NCBI GenBank assembly: GCA_964467345.1 | Contig: CAYXPY010000001.1 | Span: forward strand, 82,986-146,985 | Reading direction: 5' to 3' | DNA from: an uncultured Thermoplasmatales archaeon | Lineage (GTDB): Archaea; Thermoplasmatota; E2; DHVEG-1 | Length of the DNA stretch: 64,000 nucleotides | In this document: one piece after another, positions 1-9,825 of the stretch | How positions within the stretch are numbered: position 1 is the first letter of the stretch | Layout: each line of letters starts with the position of its first letter | Made by a program: the position numbers and the translations under genes | The notes under the pieces: model-generated | Database searches by the model: none | What the model saw: only the letters and a program-made list of their open reading frames with translations | What the model was told of the DNA's origin: nothing

Positions 1-360
1 AATCTCACCTAAAAATACTGTATTCGTTCCAGCAATCACTTCTTTCCCGGATAAAATCTCAGATACCGTTTGCACACCATTTCCACAAGCAAGAACAAGT
101 ATCTTTGCTGATTTGCCAAGCTCAGTTTCATACCTTTTAAGCAGGCGTTTATCGTTCAGGAGATGGCATGCTGGTTCAAGTATCACCCAGCCTGTTACAG
201 GGACATTGTTTTTTAGCAGCAAGTCCTTTATTGATAATATCTCCTCTTGGCTTCCAGTATGACAGATGGTTGCACATTCACTACATCCTACAAGAAACAC
301 GGGTTGTGAATCAATCCGACGAAGAAGTTCGATGAAATCCTTTTGTTTTGTGATAATCAT
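1..360 (-). CDS. Cys-rich small protein, 3' end truncated by the window edge. Start ATG at 360. Possible metal- or Fe-S-binding role, loosely MetV/MTHFR-C-like.
   Basis: Manual reverse-strand translation from the ATG at 358-360 gives MIITKQKDFIELLRRIDSQPVFLVGCSECATICHTGSQEE...ACGNGVQ with four or more conserved-looking Cys. The open frame runs to position 1. Confidence 0.4.
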   Translation of the reverse strand, partial: MIITKQKDFIELLRRIDSQPVFLVGCSECATICHTGSQEEILSIKDLLLKNNVPVTGWVILEPACHLLNDKRLLKRYETELGKSAKILVLACGNGVQTVSEILSGKEVIAGTNTVFLGEI

Positions 361-479
361 TAGTTATCAAAATAGGTAACTCATTAATAAGAATTTGTTT
401 TTCAAATTAAAAAAGAATTAAGACAAAATGAAAAAAAAGATTATTAAGTACAAGAGGTTTACCTGAAATCGAGAAACTC

Positions 480-809
480 ATGGAGAGAACGATTGTACAA
501 TTTATGATTGAAAACATTTTTCTTTTTCTACCGATAGGTATCGCAGGAGTCGTTGCTACAGCGATTCTTATATTTCTACCGAAGAAAGAGATAAGTCCTC
601 AACAAGAAAAAACTACATCAGACATCATCACTCTTTTGGGCATTCGATTCGATTTGTATTTCGTAGTGTATCTTTTTATTTGGATTTCAATCATTATTAT
701 TGGACTGCTCTCAGACTACATACTCCCTACCCTCATTGGCGGTGTTATCGCTGCTCTCCCGCTTATTCTGTTACAGCTATTAAAACTAAAAAAATCAAAG
801 GAGCCATAA
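480..809 (+). CDS. Hypothetical small membrane protein with about 3 TM helices.
   Basis: ORF track. Hydrophobic segments present. Immediately upstream of the next membrane-protein gene. Confidence 0.4.
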   Translation: MERTIVQFMIENIFLFLPIGIAGVVATAILIFLPKKEISPQQEKTTSDIITLLGIRFDLYFVVYLFIWISIIIIGLLSDYILPTLIGGVIAALPLILLQLLKLKKSKEP

Positions 810-813
810 CGAC

Positions 814-1491
814 ATGTTTTTCATAGAAATTAACCAGAATTTTGGTGAACAAACAACGCTTCTTGCTCCTTTCATTTTTGTAATCGCTGTCACATGGATC
901 GTCCTTGTCATCTATTCCTACAAGAAATATGGGACTAAAATGACTTTGATGTATTTCTTACCAATAATCATTGCTACGTTTATGATTGAATCCGCAGGTG
1001 TCGCAAGTGGGAGATATTACTATCCAGGGTATATTCTGTATCTTTCGATTGTTGGTGGTGGTGTTCCTTTAATCATCATACTAGCATGGAGCGTAAATCT
1101 ATTCTTATTTATGAATTTGGGAAGACACTTCATCTCAAAAGTATATACAAAACGTAATTTAGTGCAGATTATTTTTATTTCAGCAACGGCGGGGTTATTC
1201 GGTGTGTGTTTAGATTTACTCGAGGACCCTCTAGCTCATTATAACAACTGGTGGATATGGGAAACCTCGTTAGAAGGAATCAAATATTTTGATGTTCCGA
1301 TTCTCAATTTTATCGGTTGGTTTATGTTGATTTTTTTTATGTCTATTGCTACGTTGTTAATCGAACGATCGAAATTTTCAGAGAACAGAAAGGTCCTCCT
1401 TTCAATATCATCATTGGCAATAACTGGGGGGGTTATTTTTGTCGTCCATGGTGCTATTGTAAAATTGTTTGAATTTATCGGTCTTTCTTAA
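814..1491 (+). CDS. Polytopic membrane protein, possibly DUF422/carotenoid-biosynthesis (CruF-like) family. Family assignment is tentative.
   Basis: 225 aa with about 6 hydrophobic helices. Lies directly upstream of a UbiA prenyltransferase, in the arrangement seen for lyeJ-cruF-type clusters. No diagnostic motif verified. Confidence 0.35.
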   Translation: MFFIEINQNFGEQTTLLAPFIFVIAVTWIVLVIYSYKKYGTKMTLMYFLPIIIATFMIESAGVASGRYYYPGYILYLSIVGGGVPLIIILAWSVNLFLFMNLGRHFISKVYTKRNLVQIIFISATAGLFGVCLDLLEDPLAHYNNWWIWETSLEGIKYFDVPILNFIGWFMLIFFMSIATLLIERSKFSENRKVLLSISSLAITGGVIFVVHGAIVKLFEFIGLS

Positions 1492-1551
1492 AAAAATCCC
1501 CCTACTTATAAACCATTAAAGTAATAAAGTAAATCCTGATTATTGGATGAC

Positions 1552-2487
1552 ATGGGTTTAAGGACCTTAACGATTGCCTGGATACGAATGATACGTCCTC
1601 CGATACTTTTTCTCTGTTGTTTTGGAGCGGTCGTCAGTGCATTAAATTGTGCAATATTTATGAATGAGAGTTTATCCTATGTTCAAATCCTCTTTTTGAT
1701 ACTTGCACCAGCATTCCTTTCCACAGGAACAATGTTTCACAATGACATTACAGATTTGGAGTCTGATAAAATCAATAGACCAAAGAAACCGGTTCCTTCG
1801 GGACTATTGAAAGAAAAAACAGTATATTACACAGGGATAGTCCTTATGATTGGATCCATTTTTTTAGGATTGCTGGTGAATTTTTGGGACAAAGGTGAAA
1901 TCAACTGGCAATGTGGTGTTCTGACATTCTTTTTGGTTGTTATCGGTCTGTATTATAATTACTATGGAAAACACCATGGACTTGTAGGCCATATGGCTGT
2001 TGCGATCGGGGTTGGTGCCATACCCTATTGGGGTGCACTGGCAGTTTTTCCAAATCAACCCTTGTTGATGTTACCATTGGCCGTAGCCATCTTCTTCCAG
2101 GAGACCGGGAGGGAGATAATGGTGTGCGCTGGTGATTATATCGGTGATATCAAAGCTGGTTTTAAAACAACCCCTGTACGCCACGGACGAAAACGCTCTA
2201 TGCAGATTGCTTTGCTATTTTATCTCTTATTTATCCCGATATTTCCCTTATCCGCCTATGACTGGGCAGGTCTGAATATGCCACAAGTTTTCGGGACTGT
2301 CTACCTGATCGGCGGCTTCATTTTAGCAATATCTTTAGTTACCACTTGGTTATTGACCTACAATGTCGTCATAAACACTGATGATGAAAAAAAGATATGG
2401 AAATCGTTCGAGCGATACGAAAGAACCGGAACTCGCGTGATGATTATCGTTTTCCAAATTTTTATTCTTCTCGAGGTATTTTACTAA
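1552..2487 (+). CDS. UbiA-family prenyltransferase, DGGGP-synthase-like.
   Basis: Asp-rich motif NDITDLESDKINRPKKPVPSG and a second motif DYIGDIKAG. N-terminus LTIAWIRMIRPP is typical of the UbiA superfamily. First in-frame ATG at 1552; the ORF track begins at a TTG at 1543. Confidence 0.8.
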   Translation: MGLRTLTIAWIRMIRPPILFLCCFGAVVSALNCAIFMNESLSYVQILFLILAPAFLSTGTMFHNDITDLESDKINRPKKPVPSGLLKEKTVYYTGIVLMIGSIFLGLLVNFWDKGEINWQCGVLTFFLVVIGLYYNYYGKHHGLVGHMAVAIGVGAIPYWGALAVFPNQPLLMLPLAVAIFFQETGREIMVCAGDYIGDIKAGFKTTPVRHGRKRSMQIALLFYLLFIPIFPLSAYDWAGLNMPQVFGTVYLIGGFILAISLVTTWLLTYNVVINTDDEKKIWKSFERYERTGTRVMIIVFQIFILLEVFY

Positions 2488-2730
2488 TCAGAATGCATAG
2501 AAATGAGAAAAACCCTAATATATTTTTACTCAACCACACGTCCATGAACAAATTTTTTGCGTACGCAAAAATATCTCGTATTCCAAGTATTGGTGCTCTA
2601 GGGATTGCCCCTGCCATATTATTTTCAATTGCTGAAATACCACCCGTAATTCTGTTGATAGGTATCCTTATCATTTGGTATGTTTTATGTACACCATTAC
2701 TTGGAGAACGAGGATTCAAACAAAGTAAGT

Positions 2731-2750
2731 AAAAAAAAAAAAAAAAAAAA
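2731..2750. repeat. A20 homopolymer immediately upstream of the geranylgeranyl-reductase gene's RBS.
   Basis: Twenty consecutive A on the + strand, followed by GAGGAAACTC and then the ATG. No minus-strand gene ends nearby, so it is not a terminator. Confidence 0.9.
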
Positions 2751-2760
2751 GAGGAAACTC

Positions 2761-3969
2761 ATGACATATGATGTAACGGTCGTTGGGGCAGGTCCTGCAG
2801 GCTCGACAACCGCAAAGTTACTCTCCGAAAAAGGTTTTAAAACCCTGTTAATCGATAAAGAGCAATTTCCTCGGGACAAACCATGTGGTGGAGGATTACC
2901 CCTACGCGTATTACAACGATTCCCTTATGTTGTCGTTGATAAGATTATTGAGGCGTACTCATCAAGCGGGACGGTTTTTTCTCCTTCATTGAAACACCAA
3001 ATTGATATCTGTAAAGACAGGCCAATAATATCTACAATCTTGAGGAAAAAGTTTGATTATGAATTGCTGAATTTCGCACAAAATGCAGGTGCCATTATTC
3101 AACAGCAAACTCTTGTTGATTCCGTCAAAACATCTGATGAAAAGGCGCAAGTGAAACTGCATCAAGGACAAACGATTGATACAGAGATAGTCGTTGGCGC
3201 AGATGGAGTAAACAGCGTGATTGCAAAAACAACGGGACTGCAAAAAACAGGGGCAGAAAAAGGTGTGTGTCTCCTGCAAGAGTTTGAGGTTGATGAAAAT
3301 ATTATGGATGAGTATTTTACCCCGTTTCGACATTGTTATATCCATTCGAGATTCAAATCAATAGGCGGTTATGGATGGGTCTTTCCAAAAAAAAAACATC
3401 TGAACGTAGGGTTTGGTATTGTCCAGGCCTTAAAAAATCTAGAACAGAAACCAAATATCCTGAAATGCTATCAAAGCTATGTCTCGTTGTTAAAAGAAAG
3501 CAATCTTATCCCGCAAGATTTAAAGAAAGCAGAAATCAAAGGCGGAGCACTGCCGACACATCCGTTAGAGAAAACCTATGGACGTCGCCTTCTCCTTGTT
3601 GGTGATGCAGCAGGATTTATCAATCCGTTATCCGGCGAAGGAATCTATTATGCCATGGCTTCAGGGAAAATCGCTGCAGAACTCATAACCGAAGCGTTAG
3701 AGAAAAATGACACAACAGAAGAATTTTTATCAAAATACCAGCGACTGTGGCAAAAAGATTTTGGTAAAGATATTGATCGTATCTTAACGGTTGTGAAAAG
3801 AGGAAGTGTTGAGTACACAGAACGGGTTATTCATATCGTAAGTAAAGATCGCAAACTGACCGATCTCATGATGGGGGTTATCACAGGAGAATTAGGTGTT
3901 GAGGAATACAAATGGAGAATACTCAGAAGGTTTGTTTATAGTTCGTTTAAGCATCGTCTAGGGTTGTAA
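2761..3969 (+). CDS. Geranylgeranyl reductase family flavoprotein (digeranylgeranylglycerophospholipid reductase-like).
   Basis: N-terminal FAD fingerprint MTYDVTVVGAGPAGSTTA, and an LLVGDAAGFINPLSGEGI motif typical of GGR/FixC-like flavoproteins. GGAAA RBS precedes the ATG at 2761. Confidence 0.8.
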   Translation: MTYDVTVVGAGPAGSTTAKLLSEKGFKTLLIDKEQFPRDKPCGGGLPLRVLQRFPYVVVDKIIEAYSSSGTVFSPSLKHQIDICKDRPIISTILRKKFDYELLNFAQNAGAIIQQQTLVDSVKTSDEKAQVKLHQGQTIDTEIVVGADGVNSVIAKTTGLQKTGAEKGVCLLQEFEVDENIMDEYFTPFRHCYIHSRFKSIGGYGWVFPKKKHLNVGFGIVQALKNLEQKPNILKCYQSYVSLLKESNLIPQDLKKAEIKGGALPTHPLEKTYGRRLLLVGDAAGFINPLSGEGIYYAMASGKIAAELITEALEKNDTTEEFLSKYQRLWQKDFGKDIDRILTVVKRGSVEYTERVIHIVSKDRKLTDLMMGVITGELGVEEYKWRILRRFVYSSFKHRLGL

Positions 3970-3989
3970 AAAAAGGAGCAGTGATTGAA

Positions 3990-5381
3990 ATGGACAAAAA
4001 GAAGGTATGTATCATTGGTGCAGGAATAGGTGGTTTAACAGCTGGCGCGTTACTCGTGCAGAAAGGGTTTTCTGTTGATATCTTCGAAAAGGAACAAACC
4101 GTGGGGGGACGAGCGGTTTCTATCGATATGTCTTCTCAGACCAAGGAATCGTATGTGAAGTTATTGGCGCGTTTTAATACACGTATCGTTTTTTCAGAAC
4201 CAAGTCTTGATGAAATTTTTAAAAACAAGATGTTCGAAGGATACACCCTTGACTTAGGGTTCCATATGATTGGGGGAGGAATCATTCAAAAGTTGCGTAC
4301 TATCATCATGGAATACTATGAAAAAATCACTATCTACAAATCAAGGCTATTCGAACAGAAAAACGGTCACTTTGGTTATTTTGTGACCACCGCTGACAAA
4401 ATTTCAATGTTACCCAATATTCTTCGGTTGCTTCTTTCTGGTGAACAAACCATGAAAGAATTAGATTCGGTCTCAATAACAGAGACAATTAAAAAATATG
4501 GGAAGGGCAAGATGAAAGCCGTCTTAGAGGTTAACCCTCGACTCATAAGTACCATCAACAATCTTGATGTGATTTCTACAGGAGAAGTGTTTAGAACACA
4601 AAAAGACATGAGACTTCGGGGGGTGAACTACCCAAAGGACGGGTTGTTAAAAATATCAAAAACAATCGCTGAGTATATCCAAAACAATGGCGGGAGAATT
4701 CATCTGAATAGCCCTGTTTCACAAATTGTTATAAAGAACAATAAGGCAGAGGGCGTTGTAGTCAAAGATAAAACACTCTTTTTTGATTGTGTCCTGTCAA
4801 ATATGGTGGTACAAAATCTGTTTACAATCGCTGATGAAACACAATTTCCGTCTCCATATGTGACGATGTTGAAATCCCTTGAGGGAACCGGGAGTCTTTG
4901 TGCGTATTATTCTTTAAAGACCATCAATCCAAGATTGCTGGGAAAGACATTTATTTTTGTTGAAAGAGACATCGGTGTTGATGGAAACGATGCTGCGGGG
5001 ATGATTGATTTCATCGCTTCAAAGGCAGAAACAGGGTTATCGCCCCCCTCGCAGTATTTGATACAGGCATATATCATCTGTACACCCAGGGAGGCAAGGG
5101 ATGAAGCGATGCTTAAAAAACTCAAAGGTGCATTGGATAAGAACCTTGAACGGATCATCCCTGGTTTTCGTTCACAACTTCGTTGGGCTGTGTATCCGAC
5201 GGTATGGCACTTGGATGGCGTTGCAAAGACACTTCATAACACAAAACCTGATATTCAAACACCTGTCGAAAACCTCTATATCATCGGTGATTGTGTCAAA
5301 GCTCCAGGAATCGGTATAAATTGTGCCATTAACTCGGCTCAGATAGTCCAAGAGATGCTTACAATATCAAACCATCAATAA
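3990..5381 (+). CDS. NAD(P)/FAD-dependent oxidoreductase of the phytoene desaturase (CrtI/CrtD)/amine oxidase family.
   Basis: Dinucleotide-binding fold KKVCIIGAGIGGLTAGALLVQKGFSVDIFEKEQTVGGRA. C-terminal IIGDCVKAPGIG is typical of CrtI-like enzymes. ATG at 3990 is 12 nt after GGAG; GTG at 3981 is an alternative start. Confidence 0.65.
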   Translation: MDKKKVCIIGAGIGGLTAGALLVQKGFSVDIFEKEQTVGGRAVSIDMSSQTKESYVKLLARFNTRIVFSEPSLDEIFKNKMFEGYTLDLGFHMIGGGIIQKLRTIIMEYYEKITIYKSRLFEQKNGHFGYFVTTADKISMLPNILRLLLSGEQTMKELDSVSITETIKKYGKGKMKAVLEVNPRLISTINNLDVISTGEVFRTQKDMRLRGVNYPKDGLLKISKTIAEYIQNNGGRIHLNSPVSQIVIKNNKAEGVVVKDKTLFFDCVLSNMVVQNLFTIADETQFPSPYVTMLKSLEGTGSLCAYYSLKTINPRLLGKTFIFVERDIGVDGNDAAGMIDFIASKAETGLSPPSQYLIQAYIICTPREARDEAMLKKLKGALDKNLERIIPGFRSQLRWAVYPTVWHLDGVAKTLHNTKPDIQTPVENLYIIGDCVKAPGIGINCAINSAQIVQEMLTISNHQ

Positions 5382-5383
5382 AA

Positions 5384-5402
5384 TTTTTATTTAATTATTT
5401 TT
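5384..5402 (+). terminator. Oligo-T rich stretch downstream of the CrtI-like gene. Putative archaeal terminator.
   Basis: T5 and T3-5 runs start 3 nt after the TAA stop. Confidence 0.3.
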
Positions 5403-5532
5403 AAAAATAAAAAAATATATATAATGAGTAAGTCCTACTACGGATAATAGTTGCCTTACAGAGAAGTAGAGCAATTAATATAATATCCATCTCCATTCAC
5501 AACAACAAAATACCTCGGTATATGGTGCCGTA

Positions 5533-6498
5533 ATGTCAGTAAAACTAACGATGAAGGAACCGTATATAAAAAACAGATTTCTGTCAAAAAAATTTAGAGG
5601 CTACTTTGATTTGCTCCGCCCGTTTACCTTACTTGCACCCTTCTTTGTCTCGATGTTTATCATGTTCGCAAGCCTCGTTTACAATAACAGGTTTATTGAA
5701 TTCCCGAACTGGTGGATTATCATAGGACAAGCCAGTCTTACCTTAGCGTTTCTAAACGGAGCATCCAATGCCTTAAACCAGGCAACAGATGTAGAATCTG
5801 ATAAAATATCAAAACCGTACCGCCCCATTCCTCGTGGAGTGGTGGAACGCGATGAAGCGCAAAGCATCGCCTACATTCTTTATCTGTTCGCCTTGCTTCG
5901 GGCTGTGACAATCAACACCTGGTTCGGAGTGTTTGTTTTCCTCATTATGTTGTTTACCGTGGTCTATTCTCTACCACCGCGAATGAAACGATTTCTCTTT
6001 GTCAATCAAGTCTGGATAGCAATCCCGCGAGGGTTGTTTGCAGTTCTTGCATCCTGGAGTGTTTTTGGGGATCCGTTTCAGATGGTGCCACTAATAATTG
6101 GTTTTATCGGACTCACCTTCTTCGTAGGAGCAATGACGACAAAAGATATCGTGGATTGTGAAGCGGACCGGAAAACTGGAACCCGGACACTCATTAACAC
6201 CTATGGTATTAAAAAAGCCGCGTTTATCTCATTACCGTTCCTCATCATACCGTTTGCACTCTTCCCGATACTGATTCATTACGAGATAATTGATGCATAC
6301 TTCTTACCTCTTACCATCTTTATAATACCCAGTTTTTTAATCTTTTACCTAATGATCAAACATCATCAAAGCGAAAGCTTAGAAAATGTACAAGCATGGT
6401 CACTGATGTATATCACCTACCTTTTCTATGCAATCGTATTTACTACCCTCATCATATTAGGAGAATTAGGACAACTAGATTTTTTCATACCTATTTAG
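5533..6498 (+). CDS. UbiA-family prenyltransferase, paralog A of a closely related pair.
   Basis: LLRPFTLLAP N-terminus. Motifs NQATDVESDKISKPYRPIPRG and KDIVDCEADRKTGTRT. About 9 TM helices. Confidence 0.8.
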   Translation: MSVKLTMKEPYIKNRFLSKKFRGYFDLLRPFTLLAPFFVSMFIMFASLVYNNRFIEFPNWWIIIGQASLTLAFLNGASNALNQATDVESDKISKPYRPIPRGVVERDEAQSIAYILYLFALLRAVTINTWFGVFVFLIMLFTVVYSLPPRMKRFLFVNQVWIAIPRGLFAVLASWSVFGDPFQMVPLIIGFIGLTFFVGAMTTKDIVDCEADRKTGTRTLINTYGIKKAAFISLPFLIIPFALFPILIHYEIIDAYFLPLTIFIIPSFLIFYLMIKHHQSESLENVQAWSLMYITYLFYAIVFTTLIILGELGQLDFFIPI

Positions 6499-6642
6499 TC
6501 AAAAAGAAGGAAATGTCTTATTTTTAAAAAAACATAAGGAGAAAACAAAAGATATACCGCTCTGCATTCATTAAAAAGATTCTTATATACATAAAACAAC
6601 TCTTTTATATAGAAAAGCTTAATATAAAAAAAAGGGAGACCT

Positions 6643-9600
6643 ATGCGAAGGTCGTACCTCTCAGTAGTCGGTATACTTCTTCTACTTGCACTTCCAGCGT
6701 TAAGCATGCCGATATCCTCGCAGGATGATACAAGCCTCCTTTGGAACCCCGCGTATAAGGACTGGCCGCATAGACAAGAGCTACAACTTCCCATCCCTAC
6801 AAATGATCCACGGGCTCATTATCAACCAATAGACCTTCGCCACAGGTTTGAAAAATCATGTTGGACTGAAAATGAGAACAATACGTCAATTCGTGTCTCT
6901 TGTTGGCATAAAGAACAATGGCATAATTTAGATTCGCAAATCTATTCTATTTTACAGGAGAACGGTAAGGTCAGTTCTATCACCGAATGCAACATTATTT
7001 TTTTGATCCCTGATTTCGCAGATGGGACAGAACGATACTTCGTGTATTATAGCGATGATAGAACATCCAAACCAAATTACATAGATCACGTTATGCTTGA
7101 AGATGCCAATTATACCTCATCGCCGTTACCTGAGCTTTCAGCCCAAGCAAGATTCTATGGCATCAAACAAGATGGGTTTTGCATCTACGGTGTAGGACAA
7201 GAAGGAACACTTCTCGATAGATCCTGTGCTCAAGTGGTTGTAAAACAAAACAGAGGAACAAAGGAATTCGATATCATTAATTCAGATCAAATCATATCAT
7301 TTGCATTTTCATATTATTACGGGAGTAAAGAAAAAGACGAAAGCGCTTCAGATCAAATTTTTCTCGATAAAAAGATCTTTGTCGACGGAAACCTCATGGT
7401 GGAATTTGGAATAATTAGCGAATCGAAAAAAAAGGATGTTCAGACGACTGCCATTTATCGATATTACTACTGTCCTTGTGAGGATAAACGGATATATGTT
7501 CATGTGAAACATGAAATGCTGAAAGATGCAGCAGTTCAAGGTATTGACAACATCGATGGACGTTTTGGTTCTTTAATATCCTTAAAAGCAAAAAGTGCCG
7601 CGGTCGAATCTTTAAATTTTGGGGAAATACACCCATTCCTTAACTTCTATAGTCATAATGAACGGATCGAGCAATACCAGTTAAATCAGAATCCTTCAAC
7701 AAAAGAACGAGAGTGGATTATCTCCTATAAAAACGACGCAAGCCTTGGATCGGAAGCATGGTTAAGTTATGGCGAGGGAAAGAAAGGAAAATCTAAGGCT
7801 GTTATTTTTTCATCCAATGAAGATATTGTTATCTCAGGAACGGATGAACAAGATGGAGTCCAGATAAAAGTCGCTGAAAAAGAATATCTTAACTTCCTTG
7901 GCACCGAGGTGGACTATGTCTCAATCAATTTCGGAAGACGATCATATAAACCAGGAGGGAGTCATGATGTCACGATACCATCGGATCTTACCGTGCAATT
8001 CGACGCGGAGGTATACGCCACAGATACAGGTGGATATGAAGCAGTACAAAAGGAATCAACGTTTTACAAAGCATTGATAAAATCTCGGAAGCTTTCCGGA
8101 GAGAATCAATTTGAACGAGAACAAAAAAGATACAATATTACTATCATTCCACGATTCGGGGGAACGCGGTTAACGCATCCCCGGCTGTCGAACCGCACGG
8201 GTAGTCTTTTTCCAGTGATGTGGGTTGAGTTGCATCGTGAAGGACAATTAATTGCTCAAGGTGTAGCAGATCGAGTTCTTTTTGTAAGAGCAAGAAAAAC
8301 CTTCCTTGACATACTAGAGGGTGAGTATCTTGTCAAAGTGTTTTTTAAAACTGAACGAAGGAAGGTTTTCACTGGTTCGACTATTGTAATTTTAAATAAA
8401 GATACGAAAGTCAATGTGTTTTGTACTTGGGAAAGAATAATACAATTTACTTTTATTGATGGAAATGGAAACGGAATACCTGGGATCCATGCCTGGTTAA
8501 CAAATAAAGATGGCATGATATTCGATGAAAATGATACAAAAGATGAGGGGGTAGGTATTGTCCGGGCCCCCTACAATGCAAATGAACCGTATTCCCTCCG
8601 AGCAGAATATAAAGGTATCATCATCTATGAATCAGGGCTGCAGAAAAGTCTTAAAAAATTAAATGTAGAGGTAATCGTTAATCTCTATACCTTTGATGTT
8701 ATCATAACAGATAGGCTTAACCTGCCACCAGGCATTGATATCATACCCCTTCTGATAAAATCAAATGGGAACAAAACACAACCATTAACCGCCATTGACC
8801 GGGGAAATGGATTGTTTACTTTTGAGGAACTCCCGAAAGGAGAGTATCATCTTCAAATCAGCTATGGTGAGTTTATTGATACTATCCATATCACGATTCC
8901 TGGTGAAAGCAACGTTATCAGAATGAGTTTTTCTGCAGCTTTTGATTTGACAATCCAATTGTTCGACTCGAAAGGGAATGGGCTCACAAATGACAATATT
9001 GAGTTTGTAATCCTCCGCGATAACAAAACCATAAGTAAAACAAAGGATAAAATTATTACTCTGCCTCCAGCGCACTATAAAATCAATGCCTATTTAGATA
9101 ACAAGCTTATTGGTGTAAAACAAGTTGAACTCATAAGTGATAAACATTTAATGTTGGTAACCACCGTTGAATCACTTTTCCCACTACTTCTTTCACTTCT
9201 GTTATATGTGTTGTTTGCTTTTTTTGTTATACTTACATTGTTAAAAAAATTTTCACTCTCCTCCCTCCTAAAATCTCTTGCAGTTCTCTTTGTTATTTTT
9301 TCGCTGTTCCAACCATGGTGGCTGTTCACCGGATCAAGTGCGAGGCTACCTATAGAAAAGACCACCGCGTTATACATTAACCCAGGAATGATGATAGAAA
9401 CAAAACAATACTATGGGGAATTGACTCTTACATTAGCTGAAATGCCAGAAATCTTCATTATGTTTCTTGCAGCAATGGTACCACTTGCATCATTTGCATG
9501 CATAAGCATAAGTCTCGGAATCATTTTGAAAAGAACACCGAAAAAGAAATATGCGTTTTTTTTAAGTGTGTTTGGAGTTGTTCTCCTTGCCATTCTGCTC

Positions 9601-9825
9601 CCCATGTTTTATGCGGGCACAACAAAATTAATCGAAACAAGCATTGGTGCAGTACAGGGGGAAGGGATGATGATGATCTCGATTGGCTCTGAAGAGGTTT
9701 TACTGAATTCAAGTTGGGGTTTTGCGTCAGGGTTTTATTTTGCTTGCCTGGCGGTCCTAGTAGCCATGATAGCAATAGTTTTAGATATCAAATTGCGGTT
9801 TAAACAGAAGAAAAAATTATTATGA
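6643..9825 (+). CDS. Large exported protein (1060 aa). N-terminal signal peptide, carboxypeptidase-regulatory-like beta-sandwich repeats, and a C-terminal domain of about 5 TM helices.
   Basis: Signal-peptide-like MRRSYLSVVGILLLLALPALSM. Long hydrophilic body with an IDGNGNGIPG-type motif. The last ~250 aa are strongly hydrophobic. Confidence 0.6.
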   Translation: MRRSYLSVVGILLLLALPALSMPISSQDDTSLLWNPAYKDWPHRQELQLPIPTNDPRAHYQPIDLRHRFEKSCWTENENNTSIRVSCWHKEQWHNLDSQIYSILQENGKVSSITECNIIFLIPDFADGTERYFVYYSDDRTSKPNYIDHVMLEDANYTSSPLPELSAQARFYGIKQDGFCIYGVGQEGTLLDRSCAQVVVKQNRGTKEFDIINSDQIISFAFSYYYGSKEKDESASDQIFLDKKIFVDGNLMVEFGIISESKKKDVQTTAIYRYYYCPCEDKRIYVHVKHEMLKDAAVQGIDNIDGRFGSLISLKAKSAAVESLNFGEIHPFLNFYSHNERIEQYQLNQNPSTKEREWIISYKNDASLGSEAWLSYGEGKKGKSKAVIFSSNEDIVISGTDEQDGVQIKVAEKEYLNFLGTEVDYVSINFGRRSYKPGGSHDVTIPSDLTVQFDAEVYATDTGGYEAVQKESTFYKALIKSRKLSGENQFEREQKRYNITIIPRFGGTRLTHPRLSNRTGSLFPVMWVELHREGQLIAQGVADRVLFVRARKTFLDILEGEYLVKVFFKTERRKVFTGSTIVILNKDTKVNVFCTWERIIQFTFIDGNGNGIPGIHAWLTNKDGMIFDENDTKDEGVGIVRAPYNANEPYSLRAEYKGIIIYESGLQKSLKKLNVEVIVNLYTFDVIITDRLNLPPGIDIIPLLIKSNGNKTQPLTAIDRGNGLFTFEELPKGEYHLQISYGEFIDTIHITIPGESNVIRMSFSAAFDLTIQLFDSKGNGLTNDNIEFVILRDNKTISKTKDKIITLPPAHYKINAYLDNKLIGVKQVELISDKHLMLVTTVESLFPLLLSLLLYVLFAFFVILTLLKKFSLSSLLKSLAVLFVIFSLFQPWWLFTGSSARLPIEKTTALYINPGMMIETKQYYGELTLTLAEMPEIFIMFLAAMVPLASFACISISLGIILKRTPKKKYAFFLSVFGVVLLAILLPMFYAGTTKLIETSIGAVQGEGMMMISIGSEEVLLNSSWGFASGFYFACLAVLVAMIAIVLDIKLRFKQKKKLL

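Noticed and set aside
2397-2732. 111-aa plus-strand ORF between the UbiA gene and the GGR gene.
   Set aside because: It overlaps the UbiA C-terminus in another frame, runs into the A20 tract, and has low-complexity composition. Likely non-coding.
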